Assembly: GCA_000002445.1 (NCBI GenBank)
Contig: CP000068.1
Span: 1,056,001 to 1,120,000, forward strand
Source of the DNA: Trypanosoma brucei
Lineage: Eukaryota
DNA length: 64,000 bases
Direction of reading: 5' to 3'
Shown here one piece after another: positions 10,591 to 22,555 of this stretch. The position numbers were made by a program, and so were the translations under genes. The notes under the pieces were generated by a model, which was not told the DNA's origin, ran no database searches, and saw nothing but the letters and a program-made list of their open reading frames with translations. Within the stretch, counting starts at the first letter, position 1; every line of letters starts with the position of its first letter.

Positions 10591-10921
10591 TTGAACCACT
10601 TGTAGCGCCTGTACACTGCTAAGGAAAAGATATATATTTACATGTTACGTGGAAAGAGAAAAAATAGAAAGGGAAAATAATTGTATGCAATAAACAGTGA
10701 GTAGACGAGCCTGTGCAGGTAAACATGCATACACATAGCGAAAAAGACAAAACGACATGGCAATCAAGCAACAAACACAACGGAAAACACCACGAATCAC
10801 AAGGAATATGAGTACCATCTTCTCATAATTTTGTTTGCAAAACTCTCACGTGTGAAGAGAGTAGTGGGAACATTAGATAGAGAGAGAAGGGACGGTGCGT
10901 GAGTGATACATCACATTGCTA

Positions 10922-10945
10922 ATATATATATATATATATATATAT
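10922..10945. repeat. (AT)12 microsatellite
   Basis: Read directly. Confidence 0.95.
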
Positions 10946-11166
10946 TCGCTTGTTATAATTAAAAACAGGAAGCAGGAAAACAAGAACTATTACACATAAA
11001 CATTTGACAAAAAAAAAGTATTATAGGACAAACGGGAGGTACAAGTTAAAAAAAAAAACAGAAAAAACAACGCAAAATAGAATAGATAGACACACAACAT
11101 TAATAAAAAGGAACGTACAAAAAGCGAGAGAACAAAAAAAAAACGCCAGTGCTCACACACATATAC

Positions 11167-11183
11167 TATATATATATATATAT
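11167..11183. repeat. (TA)8 microsatellite
   Basis: Read directly. Confidence 0.9.
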
Positions 11184-11227
11184 TATATGAAGCATCGGAA
11201 CAATTCCGTGCTATCCCCAGGCTTAAG

Positions 11228-12928
11228 TTACCTTTGTAATGATGGCGACTTCGTGATGCGCAGTTCTATAGTCAGGCGACTCCCACTAAGTTCGCGCGCA
11301 GTTTCACAACCCAAAACACCACTTTTTCCGGTATGAGTAGTGCTGGCGCTGCTGTCACCCCCCTCGAGGGAAGATTCAACTGCCGCCATAGGTACTGCAG
11401 TTTCGGTAGCAGCAATACAGCAGTTCGCATCGGCACCACTACCGGAAATCCCCGAAGAAGATAGAAGTGGAAGTCCAGTGAAGAGTGCATATGTGGAAGC
11501 GGTACAATTCACAACAAAGGCGTTACCACCAGGTGTCGAGTCTCCATTAGTACACCATTCACTACCGCATTCATTACTAACCTTGATTACGTCGCGACGC
11601 TCATTTGTCCTTGGCATAACGATAGAATCATTGCGCAACGCAAGCTCAGCGGAGCGAGCAGGATGCCACTCTACAGGTACGAAGTTGGTGGGGCCACCAT
11701 TTTTCTCACTGGGGTTTCCTTTTCCATCAACCGAACTCTCAGACGAATTAAGCGACTCCTTCGGTGTGGTTGTCACTTCCCGCACCAAATGAGTTAAAGG
11801 TCGTGCTGTTTGCTTTCCCGGGCTTGGTTGCTTTTGAAAGAACGCATTTGTGCATATAAAAATATTTCCCGCTTCTTCCGTTGAACCCCCTTTTGAGCCG
11901 CCCAGTGAGTTCTCTTCCGCACTCTCCAGCTTTACAGTTGTTTCCCGATGGTTATCAAACGAGGCGCCCTGTGATTTACCACAGCGATCCGAATAATGGC
12001 TGAACAACGCGCTAACGAAACACACGGAGAAGTTAGACAACGAATGCTCCTGCGGTTCTTCTTGCACGTCACGTACGTTTTCTGGTTTTGCCTGTGAACT
12101 TATGATAAGTGCTCCCTTCGTATGAGCCTCCGTTACACAATGAAGTGCATCTTTACATGAGTGCACATGCAACAGCTCGTAGTACGTTTGAAGGGAAGGA
12201 TGCCCTTCTTCCAATACCGCTAGCGTTGCCTTAACTTCCTCATCCGTTAACTCCTCTTCAGTAACAGGAGGTGGACCATCATGCCTCTCCTCGCTGCACA
12301 CGCCGATACCGGTTGCACTACTTTGTAGCCTCCCTGGGCAAGTGTTATGGCTGATGCCAAACTCGTCAGTGCTGTACGTTTCCCTCCTCGCCAAATGCGA
12401 AACGCTAGATCTCCGCCTAAGGTCAGCACCTATGGACATTCGTCGTTGGCTACTCCCAACAGAGCCGTCTTTAGAGACAGTACTCAGTCTCCGTTTCAGT
12501 ACAGAGTTTTTATTGCCATTACCGCTACCATTGTCCGAAAGGGGCAAACTCCACTCCCGCCGCCCAAAGGCACCATTGGACACGAGGCTCCCTCGTGGTT
12601 TGCCCAAATGCCCCACGGAACTTCTTACGCTACTTCCTCGGCTGCTACTACCTTCGCGCGGATGAGTAGTGCTTGAGGCCCTCGCTAACATACCGGACGG
12701 ACAAATCAGCGGGTCAACATGCCGTACAAACGTCACTTCTCTGTCTTCCATTGCACTACTGGTTGCCTCAATAATTCTCGTTGAAAGGTCTATCACACGG
12801 TCCACAAGTTTGTTGAACTGGCGCTGCACAAGGTCCACATGACCGTTGGCGATTGCGGTGCGCGTAATATCCAAAATGGACTCACATTCCCCAGGTTTTA
12901 AGCCTGGAGAATTCCCTGTAGTGTCCAT
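11228..12928 (-). CDS. Hypothetical Ser-rich protein (566 aa)
   Basis: Long ORF in the orientation of the minus unit. ATG verified at 12928-12926. Low-complexity Ser/Gly-rich central region. No recognisable domain. Confidence 0.55.
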   Translation of the reverse strand: MDTTGNSPGLKPGECESILDITRTAIANGHVDLVQRQFNKLVDRVIDLSTRIIEATSSAMEDREVTFVRHVDPLICPSGMLARASSTTHPREGSSSRGSSVRSSVGHLGKPRGSLVSNGAFGRREWSLPLSDNGSGNGNKNSVLKRRLSTVSKDGSVGSSQRRMSIGADLRRRSSVSHLARRETYSTDEFGISHNTCPGRLQSSATGIGVCSEERHDGPPPVTEEELTDEEVKATLAVLEEGHPSLQTYYELLHVHSCKDALHCVTEAHTKGALIISSQAKPENVRDVQEEPQEHSLSNFSVCFVSALFSHYSDRCGKSQGASFDNHRETTVKLESAEENSLGGSKGGSTEEAGNIFICTNAFFQKQPSPGKQTARPLTHLVREVTTTPKESLNSSESSVDGKGNPSEKNGGPTNFVPVEWHPARSAELALRNDSIVMPRTNERRDVIKVSNECGSEWCTNGDSTPGGNAFVVNCTASTYALFTGLPLLSSSGISGSGADANCCIAATETAVPMAAVESSLEGGDSSASTTHTGKSGVLGCETARELSGSRLTIELRITKSPSLQR

Positions 12929-13860
12929 GACTTGATTCCCTGTTACTGTGGTGTGTTCAAATTTATTTATTTATTTATTAATGCAGAAGCAGTAACTCAA
13001 CCCAGAGAAAAGGAATATGCTGCAAAAAAAAAAAAGAGGGTAACCTATGCAAGGAAGGAACGAGGGAAGCTATGTGAAAAGGTGAAGTTATATGCCAAGA
13101 TGAAAAATGAAAGAGATTACATTGTAGATACGGGTTAATGGTAAATCCAGCAACGTAAATGTTGGAAGTGTTCGTAGCTATGTGCATAAAACGCAGATCA
13201 CTAACTAATCAGGTGTAGTAAACAATTTTTATTTACTTAGCTCTCCCTTTCTCTTCTTTTTATCCATTTCTTCTTCCCTTTCTCTCTAATATAACTGCAT
13301 GACAAGCGCAACTAATCGGCGCAACAAAGTGTGGGGGAAAGCTCGAATGCTCAATATATAGACACATTCCGATTGTCAACGTACACGTATATGAATACCA
13401 TATGCCACCACAACATGCGTAACAACATAACAATATATGAACAAAAATAATGCACATTTTCCCGATACCCCCTCCCCACTGTGAAGTAAACCACTACAGT
13501 CTATTTCAACCTCCTAAAAGGAAATCAAGTAATGCTTCCTTCGATTCTTCAACCTGTGTCAGCCAGATACAAAACAACGAAAACGTTTTGTATGCAAATA
13601 TATTAAAATATAAAACGTCTACGCAACGCACATGCCCTTGGTATCGGTGACACTCGTAGACATCACTTGTGCACAGCGAAACGGAGCAAAGTGAGTGCCC
13701 TGTGTATGAATAATACAGTAAAAAAAAAAAATGGTCCAATCTGCCTTCCGTCTCTTGTTTCCCTCGCTGTGTTCTGCTATTGTTGGCCTCCCACATCACA
13801 CACCAACGGCATTGGCTACGTGTAATGACCAATACAAAACTGCGCATTTAAAAAAGAATG

Positions 13861-15684
13861 TTACTGGAAGCCGAGCTGTCGCTTCACCACGGTGATGCGT
13901 TCACGGTCCATCATGTGCCGCGCTTCCAACTCTAATATCCGTTGACGCCGCTGACGTGCGGCTTCGTCCCGAGGTGAGGAATACTCCCGCCGGCGAGCTT
14001 CCGAGGGAGACGAATCGCTACTGCCGGCAGGTTTCTTGGAAGTGGCCGGCACTATACGGGGTAAATTGCGAGCATATTCCAGTGCGCGGGCCCTTCGCTG
14101 CTGTGCCTGAACACGCTCGGGTGGGGGCGGCTGTCGAATCACAGCCGTTGCCTCCGTCGCGGCGGCCGACTGAGCGCCATCCTCTTCATTGTTACTTTTC
14201 TGCTTCTGTAGCTGCGCCCGTTGTTGCTTTTCACGGATATCTTCTATTATGTGCTGTTCAGCTTGGACTCCATACTCACGTTGCCGTTGCATTCGCCTTC
14301 TCGCCTCTTGCCGCTCCTCAGTGTCCACAAACCCAAGGCTGCCAAGCTTGCGATTTGCTACCTCCTCCATCAATGCCTTGTACTCCTTCAGACCATGCGG
14401 TTTGTACGTTATGGTTCTTTTCTTCTCAGTCTCTTCTGCTCCATCACCAGTAGTATCCCCCCTTTCATCAGTGTTGGTGGTGGTGGTAAAACTGTTCACC
14501 GCGTACGCGCTGTTATTCAGCGGTGTCTGTTTCAGTGGCTGTAGTCGCCTAGGGTGCGATGCCGGTCTTCGGTGCTGATCATTACCAGATATCTCTTTTG
14601 CACGCTGCGGCTTTGGAAGTATCGGGGTATCACCTACTCTCATCTTATCTTCGCCTCCTGGGTTTGAAGCACTTGTAGACCTTGCAGGGCTCGAAAAGGG
14701 CTTCCTGTGCTTATATGAAGCATTCTCTGACATGTCTTGAAGAAGCTTTCCCATTGGTTGGTACATAGGAGGTACAATCGCATCGCCGCGCAACGCGTTC
14801 GCTTGTTTACCGTCTTCACTGCTTTGGGGAGAAGCGCCACAACCGCCTTGGCGATTCTCAACTTGGCCGCTGATGCCACCACACCGATTGGGAGAGTCCC
14901 CAGGAGTTAGTGAAACCTCCGCCACCTTCGACGGTTTAGGCATAAGGGATGTGGAGTAACCATTTACAATGCGCGGCCGAACTTGAGTCAAAGGGTGTGG
15001 CGCCAGGTCGGGTCTTTGTGCAACTCCCAAGGAATCAGCTATCGGGCGGGCAGGGCCACGAGAGGGCGATGGGTTAATATTAGAGCTGGTACGATCAGCA
15101 ATGAAAGAGCTCAACGGATCAGCGGTGCCGTTTCCTCCACAAGACGGAATATTCGAGAGAGAAAGCAGCTGCGGCCGGGGTGGCAGGGCCATCGGTTCAT
15201 ACATAATGTTGTCTTCGACACTCGGGCATGTCGACGGCTGCACGGCAGTCGCGCCAACGAGTGCACCGCTACTTACGGTATCCGCTGAATCATTCAGCGG
15301 TCGTTGTACCGTTCTGTCCTTACAAAGCACAGCACCTTGTCGAGCAACAACAGGGCACGGACGGTGCAGCTGTCCTCTTGTAGGTCTTTTTGCCACTTCG
15401 TCTGGTGCACGAATACCTCCCACTATAGTTGGTTTGCCACCCATATATTCGGGTGCTTTGTGCTTTTGATCTATTATACCCGCAGCCAGCGGACCATTCT
15501 TCGCAACGGGAGGCACTTTCAGTGACTTGACTGGTCCCGCTGTGATCAACTGCGCGTTGCTACCGTCCTTCCCGATGATTACTGCACGGTTTTGAAAGTG
15601 CAGCTGAAACGCAGAGGGAGGAGGCGGCACGTTTTGTCGGTCCTCCGGAGGGTCCCAAACATCCCTGTCTCTCCGCACCATCAT
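13861..15684 (-). CDS. Hypothetical Pro/Ser-rich protein (607 aa)
   Basis: Long ORF in the orientation of the minus unit. ATG verified at 15684-15682. Pro-rich low-complexity centre and a basic/coiled C-terminus. Confidence 0.55.
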   Translation of the reverse strand: MMVRRDRDVWDPPEDRQNVPPPPSAFQLHFQNRAVIIGKDGSNAQLITAGPVKSLKVPPVAKNGPLAAGIIDQKHKAPEYMGGKPTIVGGIRAPDEVAKRPTRGQLHRPCPVVARQGAVLCKDRTVQRPLNDSADTVSSGALVGATAVQPSTCPSVEDNIMYEPMALPPRPQLLSLSNIPSCGGNGTADPLSSFIADRTSSNINPSPSRGPARPIADSLGVAQRPDLAPHPLTQVRPRIVNGYSTSLMPKPSKVAEVSLTPGDSPNRCGGISGQVENRQGGCGASPQSSEDGKQANALRGDAIVPPMYQPMGKLLQDMSENASYKHRKPFSSPARSTSASNPGGEDKMRVGDTPILPKPQRAKEISGNDQHRRPASHPRRLQPLKQTPLNNSAYAVNSFTTTTNTDERGDTTGDGAEETEKKRTITYKPHGLKEYKALMEEVANRKLGSLGFVDTEERQEARRRMQRQREYGVQAEQHIIEDIREKQQRAQLQKQKSNNEEDGAQSAAATEATAVIRQPPPPERVQAQQRRARALEYARNLPRIVPATSKKPAGSSDSSPSEARRREYSSPRDEAARQRRQRILELEARHMMDRERITVVKRQLGFQ

Positions 15685-16089
15685 CTGTTATGTAAAATAT
15701 ACGTGAATACAGACATAAAAAAGCAAGATGAGGGGAGAGGAAATATGCAAGTAACATATATTTTCTTTTAAAATGAAACAGAAAGAACACTTCTTCAAGA
15801 AAGTAAGAATTTACCATTATCGGAAGGAGTTGTTGCCGTCTCGAAAACAGAAAAAAAAGTTAAAAACACCAACCATGTCAACAATGACAAAAAAAACATG
15901 AAACACTGATCGGCGAAATACATAAGTAAACCTCAACAAAAAATATATATACGAGAAGCGTACGGCAGAATGTTGAGTAACAACCAGCATACTGGAAAGA
16001 GTTCCCAAATGCGATTCTTAAAGTTCCCCTCCCTCCCTCACACGTACAAACAGAACCGCTGCCATTGAATGTTGCTTCCACATGCACGA

Positions 16090-16446
16090 TTATTGTGATA
16101 CGGTTGAGCCCGGTGTGAGGCAAAACTTCATGGCGGCGTCTAATCGGGCAATGCTGCGTGTTTGCTCCACATTTTGCAACTCCAACCTACGAACGGAGGC
16201 ATCGCGTGCTTTGATATCACGTGCCCAGTCCTCCTCCAGTTCCTTCATTAGCGCGCGGCTCTTCGCGAAGGCATTTTCCGATACCGCTTGGCACTTCTCC
16301 CGTGATGCACGCAGCGTAGCGGATGTGGAACGGGTGTACCACATGTAAATGAATGCATTGACACAACCAGTTGCAACACATACACCCAGCAAGGGGTTTG
16401 TACGCAGCGGCTCAAGGAGAGTTTTACAGAGCGCGCTATTTACCAT
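16090..16446 (-). CDS. Small single-pass membrane protein (118 aa), hypothetical
   Basis: Track ORF 16090..16527 opens with GTG and reads through a G10 tract. The first ATG at 16446-16444 gives MVNSALCKTLLEPLRTNPLLGVCVATGCVNAFIYMWY (one hydrophobic helix), followed by a charged coiled segment. Confidence 0.45.
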   Translation of the reverse strand: MVNSALCKTLLEPLRTNPLLGVCVATGCVNAFIYMWYTRSTSATLRASREKCQAVSENAFAKSRALMKELEEDWARDIKARDASVRRLELQNVEQTRSIARLDAAMKFCLTPGSTVSQ

Positions 16447-16510
16447 TGTATTGAGACTTTTCAAATTCAGTGCAGCGTGACAGTATTCTGATATGCTTCT
16501 TTGTGAACGT

Positions 16511-16520
16511 CCCCCCCCCC
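16511..16520 (-). repeat. C10 on + strand = G10 in transcript sense, in the leader 65 nt upstream of the ATG of gene 16090..16446
   Basis: Read directly. Lies within a 1.7-kb gene-free interval downstream of SERCA. Confidence 0.95.
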
Positions 16521-17149
16521 TTGTCACAGAACAAATACCTCGCTATGCAACAATAAATCACCTCGTCGTCACTTGTTTGACACAACGCCAACAAGATTAA
16601 CAATGACAAGTAAAAAATATTCGGCGCGCTTAATTCAAGTTTAAACCTGAGAGTAGTGCTTTATTTATTTTTTTTTTACAGGTCTTGTTTCCTTCCGTAT
16701 ATCCCGATTTCTACCACTTACTACTACTAGCACCTATATCCAGTGCTTTCTCAAATGATATATGTCAAATCTATTCAGTTACTAATGACTGTAAAGTATG
16801 TGCGTGTCTGTTTGAATGATTTCCACCCGCGAAGCTAGAGCAGTAACAACCAAAAAAGGGAAAAGCGGAAAAGAAAGTAGAACATCGGTTCACCACATGC
16901 GCTAAAACGGCCATACATAAAGAGAGGAAAACGTTAGAGAACCTCTGACGGTGCCAACAGCGGCGATAGAAGAAGAGGTGAATACGTGAGCTCAAAACCT
17001 TTGCAATATGATCACATTAAATAACATTTTAAGTGACGAAGAGGAAAACACACTAACGACAACACGGGGACACGCGCACAAGCCGACACATAGGGGAACA
17101 AACGAACGAAGAAGGTAGGCGAATCTCAGTGGATGCTTCACATACTTTC

Positions 17150-17700
17150 AAAAACCAAATACCTCTGTTGTATTCTTGTCCTCCTTTCTTCTGTTGCTAA
17201 TAGATCATATCTCCTTATCCCTTCAATATTCAACTGCTACTGCCTCATCACTCTCTTGATTGTTGGATCCCTTGGGGCTATTTCCCCTTCTTTTTTTTCG
17301 TAGAAATTACCCCCTCTATTTTTATTTTCAACCATGAGTTTCAAAAATCAGTTGCGTCACCAGGTGGTAAAGCAACCCGCACGCCGCAGCGTTACCCTTC
17401 ACAACCCTTTTCCTCACGCAAACACCACACTCCTCGCCTCTAAAAAAAAAAGTCCCTTACCGTCCTTAAAATTATTTCCTTTCTTAATAATTAAGTCCCT
17501 TTTACTTTCGGTTTCCCTCTCCCACACCCCTCCTGCTTCGATCCCCCCTCCTTCGATATTCCACTCTGTTCCCCGCCATATTCTACTTTCATGACATTTG
17601 CTTTTATTTATCATTTCTATTACTCTCTCCTTTTCCTATTTTCGATTGATGACGAATACAACGTGCTCGTGCCCTCCACTTCCAAAACTCGCTACTGCCC
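17150..17700 (-). other. ~550-nt C/T-rich (+) = purine-rich (transcript-sense) block in the gene-free interval downstream of SERCA
   Basis: tctgttgtattcttgtcctcctttcttctgttgc ... ccctcctgcttcgatcccccctccttcg. It is flanked at 17800-18000 by a purine-rich(+)/polyY(-) tract immediately after the SERCA stop. Confidence 0.8.
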
Positions 17701-18067
17701 TTCTCCCTCTCTTCACAATAAAGAGAAGGGGTAAAACAAAAACGAGTGGAGAAAATAAGAACAACAACAACTAGCGGCAAGTAGAAGGGAAGGAATACAA
17801 CACAACACCGAACATTACATCAGTGATGCGGAACGCATTAATAAATCTAAAAAGGAAGTTGAACGGTGGGGCAGTGACGGTTAGGGGAGATGGTGGGAAG
17901 GAGGGAAGAACAGGGTAACGCAAACCCCTCCGATTGGGAAATAAAAGGATGATTCGAAGGCAACAAAGACAAAAAATTAACCACGGGTTTTCGCACACCA
18001 TAATCACAAAGACAGCAAGGTGACACGGATTAATCGATGTAGCGAGAAAACGTGCACAACCGTCCGT

Positions 18068-18072
<5 letters not shown>

Positions 18073-18099
<27 letters not shown>
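18073..18099. repeat. (AT)13 microsatellite
   Basis: Read directly. Confidence 0.95.
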
Positions 18100-18203
18100 A
18101 CCAAAGTCACAGAAGAAGTAACAGTTAAAAGACCAGGGAGAGGGAGCGGACTCCCTCGGGTTAACATTTAGGTGCCGGCATTGCCCTAAATAAGAAACTA
18201 ACC

Positions 18204-21200
18204 CTAGTCCTTCTTCTTTTCCTGGGCCTTCTCCATACGCCGCGTAATAAACTTCAGCAATTCATCAAGAAAGATGACTGGTACGCTAAACACAATCACC
18301 GCCTTCCAGTCATCAAAGTTTGTTGGGGTGAGAATACTCCACGGCTGTGCCTGTTGCACAACATGCGGATCTACTCCGAGTGGCACAATGTTGAACAGCT
18401 TGGCAAAGAACGGCACGTACATTATGATTAGGTGCAGAGAAAGAGATGAAAAAATAGCGAAAAGAAGCCACACATTGCTGCTTGGTCGGGACACGATGAG
18501 CGAGGCATTTTCGCTCAGTGCATTCAGTGCGTTCAACATCTCAACCACGACGAGAATGGAGAGGGCGATGGCTCTCGCCGTCTGCGGGTTAGCAAGAAGC
18601 AAGCAAGTGCCGTTCGTCATGTCACTGCATGCCGTGTACGTGGTTAAGTCATGCCAGCTGAAGCCATGTCGCAGGAACCACCAAAGGAACCCACCGACTG
18701 TAGCCAGTCCAACGTATACACCAATAACCATGTAGCGCATAAACAACCAGCCGTTCACAATCGGCTCTTCCATGCGGCGCGGCCTCTGCTCCATGATGTC
18801 GCGGTCTGGAGCATTGAAGCCAAGGGCAGTTGCGGGAAGACCATCTGTAACAAGATTTACCCACAGGAGTTGCACTGGTGAGAGCGCCTCAGGTAAACCG
18901 AAGAGGCCTGTTACAAGGATGCACACAACCTCACCAATGTTACTGCTGATAAGGTACCGGATGAACTGTTTTGTGTTGTTGTAGATGGCTCGTCCTTCTT
19001 GCACCGCTTTGACAACGGTGGCAAAGTTGTCGTCCGCAAGGACCATTTTACTCGCTGATTTCGCCACCTCGGTTCCACTTCCCATGGCAATACCAATATC
19101 TGCCTTTTTGAGTGCCGGAGCGTCATTTACACCATCACCTGTCATAGCGCAAATGAGTCGCTCATCCTTCAGTAGTTGCACAAGCTGCATCTTGTGGGAT
19201 GGATCCGTGCGACTGAAAAGTACGGCTGTCAATACTGCTTCACGTTTCTGCGCCGGTGTCATTGCATCGAGCTCTTGTCCCGTATAACTCAGCCCAGTGG
19301 TGTCCGCTGTAGAAGACAATAGTCCCAGTTTGCAGCAAATCGCTTCCGCCGTCTCCTTGCGGTCTCCAGTGATGACGACAACACGGATGCCCGCGGTGCG
19401 GCACTTCACGATAGCATCGCGCACTTCCTCACGTGGCGGGTCAAGCATACCGCATGCACCAACAAATGTAAGGTCAGATTCGACATCCTCGAAAGTTGCA
19501 GGATCGTTCAGGCGCAGCTGCTGAACTGCCTTTGTCGGTTTAAAGGCAAATCCAATGCAACGAAGAGCGTTGGCACCACCTGATATTTTGTCCAATTGTT
19601 CTATAATGCGCTTCCGGTGTGTGGCATTGAGTTGTACAACGGCACCATTGTCCTGCATGACGTGTGTGGAACGACGCAAGACCTCTTCCGGTGCTCCCTT
19701 CACAAAAAGATTGTTTGTGCTTGAGGCCGGTGATCCCGTTACTGTGCTTGTGACGTGCACACTCATCGACTTACGCTTGCGCGTGAACTCCAATGTGGCA
19801 TTCTTTTTCCATTTCCCCTCGCAAAGTGTACGGAAGGCGTTTACCGCAGAGTCACCTTTTATATTTGCGAATTTCTCACTCATTACCAAAAGGGCTGCCT
19901 CAGTCGCTTCGCCAATCTTCTCAACCTGACCTGTGGCTGCGTTGTGGTGCAGGGATGCATCGTTGCAAAGCACAGCGATGTTCGCAAGCTTGGTGAGGGC
20001 ACCATCTTGCTCCAGCGGTGAACTCACTTGCCTTCCTTCGCATGTCACAGAGTTTGACACAATGTTAAACCTGGAGTCTTTCAACTCATATTCCTTGATG
20101 CTTCCGTCCCCCTTAAGAGTAAAGGCATGCAAAACAGACATCATGTTCGTTGTAAGTGTTCCCGTTTTATCCGAGCAAATGACAGTGCAGCGACCCAGTG
20201 TCTCTACGCTTGGAAGATCCCGTACCAAGGCATTGTGCTGCGCCATCCGTCGAGTCCCCAGTGCCAAGCAAGTTGTCACAACCGCGGGAAGACCCTCGGG
20301 AATAGCCGCAACCGCAAGTGCAACGGCAACTTTGAGGCAGTGCACACTAGGCTGAATGTACCGCGTGAAAAACGTCTCATTCTTTGTGGGTTTATGGGTT
20401 GCGTACCAGCGCACCAGGTTAACGGCGAACACAACAAGACAAATATACCCAATGACCTTCGACAAGAGCACACCAAACTCATCCAGTTTAACCTGGAGTG
20501 GTGTCTTTACTTCCTCCTGCTCACGCACGTCGCGCTCAATCGTTCCGATCTCTGTCGAGGCACCAGTGCGAACGACTACACATAGCGCTTTGCCGTAAAC
20601 GATAGCAGTACCGCTGTAAACCATACAAGCTGGAAACCGCTCCTGTCGTCCTTTCACTGCTTCGATTTGTTTCATCGCCTCCACGGACTCACCATTAAGA
20701 ATAGATTGATCAGCGCGGAGTGTCGTGCTATGTAACTCCACAACACGCATATCTGCAGGGACTCGATTGCCAACAGCAACCTCAACGAGATCGCCTGGAA
20801 CCAACTCCTCCGCATTAACGGTTTTGATGTCTCCATCACGAAGAACAACGGCGGTTTTAGGCACAAATGATTTGAGCGCTTCAATAGCCCCCTCCGCACG
20901 GTTCTCCTGCCAAACCCCAACGGTAGCATTGAGAATGAGAATGAGTAAAATGATGAACGGCTCTACAAAGTCTGCGGCGTTATTCTCCACAACGGCCATG
21001 GCAAAACTTACTGTCGCGGCCAACAGAAGAATACGGACGAGCGTATCTTCAAACTGGGCCAGCACTAGCTTCCAAAATGGTGTTGGTGGTTCACTTGGCA
21101 GTTCGTTTATTCCAAACGCTTGGCGACGTTCCTCCACCTCGTTGGAACTCAGTCCAACCTTCGTATCTACACGCAACGCAGCCGCCACCGCCGCAGGTGT

Positions 21201-21239
21201 CATCGCCGCGGGGTCGGTCGGAAGGTTCTCGGGTAGCAT
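18204..21239 (-). CDS. TBA1: SERCA-type P-type Ca2+-transporting ATPase (1011 aa)
   Basis: [12 protein letters not shown] (phospho-Asp), [36 protein letters not shown], and ten predicted TM segments. ATG verified at 21239-21237. The length equals what I recall for T. brucei TBA1. Confidence 0.92.
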   Translation of the reverse strand: MLPENLPTDPAAMTPAAVAAALRVDTKVGLSSNEVEERRQAFGINELPSEPPTPFWKLVLAQFEDTLVRILLLAATVSFAMAVVENNAADFVEPFIILLILILNATVGVWQENRAEGAIEALKSFVPKTAVVLRDGDIKTVNAEELVPGDLVEVAVGNRVPADMRVVELHSTTLRADQSILNGESVEAMKQIEAVKGRQERFPACMVYSGTAIVYGKALCVVVRTGASTEIGTIERDVREQEEVKTPLQVKLDEFGVLLSKVIGYICLVVFAVNLVRWYATHKPTKNETFFTRYIQPSVHCLKVAVALAVAAIPEGLPAVVTTCLALGTRRMAQHNALVRDLPSVETLGRCTVICSDKTGTLTTNMMSVLHAFTLKGDGSIKEYELKDSRFNIVSNSVTCEGRQVSSPLEQDGALTKLANIAVLCNDASLHHNAATGQVEKIGEATEAALLVMSEKFANIKGDSAVNAFRTLCEGKWKKNATLEFTRKRKSMSVHVTSTVTGSPASSTNNLFVKGAPEEVLRRSTHVMQDNGAVVQLNATHRKRIIEQLDKISGGANALRCIGFAFKPTKAVQQLRLNDPATFEDVESDLTFVGACGMLDPPREEVRDAIVKCRTAGIRVVVITGDRKETAEAICCKLGLLSSTADTTGLSYTGQELDAMTPAQKREAVLTAVLFSRTDPSHKMQLVQLLKDERLICAMTGDGVNDAPALKKADIGIAMGSGTEVAKSASKMVLADDNFATVVKAVQEGRAIYNNTKQFIRYLISSNIGEVVCILVTGLFGLPEALSPVQLLWVNLVTDGLPATALGFNAPDRDIMEQRPRRMEEPIVNGWLFMRYMVIGVYVGLATVGGFLWWFLRHGFSWHDLTTYTACSDMTNGTCLLLANPQTARAIALSILVVVEMLNALNALSENASLIVSRPSSNVWLLFAIFSSLSLHLIIMYVPFFAKLFNIVPLGVDPHVVQQAQPWSILTPTNFDDWKAVIVFSVPVIFLDELLKFITRRMEKAQEKKKD

Positions 21240-21707
21240 GACGACTCCTCACGCCACACACAATCAAATGTTTAAATTATGAGCTCACAAAAACGCAGTG
21301 GCTCACTTAAACGAAGAAATGTAAAAAAAAAATGAATACGTGTAAGCTTATTCACACCGCTAATTGCTTTTCTAAAGTTTACCAAAGGGAGGAAATGAGG
21401 AAAATGTCAACCGTATCCTGTGTGGAGAAAGGAATGAAACAGAAAGCATGGGGATAGGCTACGCTTCAGCGCGCTTCCTAAGGCCTCCAAACGAACATAT
21501 ACACGAACACACGTCTGCCGTCAGCGAAGAGTAAAGAAAGACAGAGGAAACGCCTACCGCAAGCACTAAGTACCCCTCGATGCCACAAAGCGGTTACGAC
21601 AACAACACCCGTTCAATGTCGACAAGGAAAGCAATAAGGGTAGAGTGATTAGATATGTGTGGTTTACCGGTCAAAATCGCTTACCCTCGTTTCCTTTATG
21701 GATCACA

Positions 21708-22499
21708 TTAGAAGAGCTTGATTTTTCTAGCCTTGCGCTGTTTAACCGGGCCCTTACGCTGCGACACCACTCCATCACGTCCAGCGCCCGCCACGGACGA
21801 CAGGGCTATTTCCTCTGAGCCATCCCATCCGTCTTCTGGGCGATCCAAAAGCTCTGGTGGTCCGTCTTCGTACTTGCGGAATAGATACTCGATCGTATAT
21901 TTCCATCGCTCCTCATCATACCTCTGGCGCTCCAGCAACTTTTCATACTCACGAGGTGTCTTGGGTATTTCCTCATGCGTATGGTGATTCACTACGGGTA
22001 GACCAAGCAACTTATATGCTTCCGGTGTGGCGTAAATGGCGTATCGCTGTGGCATTAGTTCCTCACGCATAAACTGCCGTTCCACATAAACCGTCTCGTA
22101 CCGTCGCCCAAACCAACACCCCTTCGCCTCATCAAAGAGATTCACTAAAAATATAACAGGAATCCGTATACTCGGAATCTGCCGCGGCTCACCCACCTCC
22201 AGTAGCGGTCGGTTGCGAATTGTACACGGATACGGTGTGGGTAGATACCTAATGTCGTATTCACCTGGGCGGTGCTCGCTCATTGGGTAACGTGTAGCAT
22301 TCTCCATCATGCGCAGCTTATAAGTGGAGAGTGCCATGCGCTTCCAGTACGGTGTGCGAGCGAGGCGATCACTATAACCCTGTGAGACGCCAAAACGGCC
22401 CCCAACCTCACCGCCAGGAGGTGGTGGCATCGTTACTTTAATATCATGACGTGGCGGCGGCACCCAAGGGGCTACTCGTTGCACCACCGTGCGACGCAT
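21708..22499 (-). CDS. Hypothetical conserved protein (263 aa)
   Basis: The track ORF extends to 22853 through a (TA)n microsatellite with an implausible N-terminus. The ATG at 22499-22497 (MRRTVVQRVAPW...) is a more plausible start. Pro-rich N-terminus and Trp/Tyr-rich body. No domain recognised. Confidence 0.5.
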   Translation of the reverse strand: MRRTVVQRVAPWVPPPRHDIKVTMPPPPGGEVGGRFGVSQGYSDRLARTPYWKRMALSTYKLRMMENATRYPMSEHRPGEYDIRYLPTPYPCTIRNRPLLEVGEPRQIPSIRIPVIFLVNLFDEAKGCWFGRRYETVYVERQFMREELMPQRYAIYATPEAYKLLGLPVVNHHTHEEIPKTPREYEKLLERQRYDEERWKYTIEYLFRKYEDGPPELLDRPEDGWDGSEEIALSSVAGAGRDGVVSQRKGPVKQRKARKIKLF

Positions 22500-22538
22500 T
22501 AAGGCACTCCTCCTTTTAAGCGATATTTGTTGCACCAA

Positions 22539-22555
22539 TATATATATATATATAT
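22539..22555. repeat. (TA)8 microsatellite 40 nt upstream of the ATG of gene 21708..22499
   Basis: Read directly. Confidence 0.9.
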
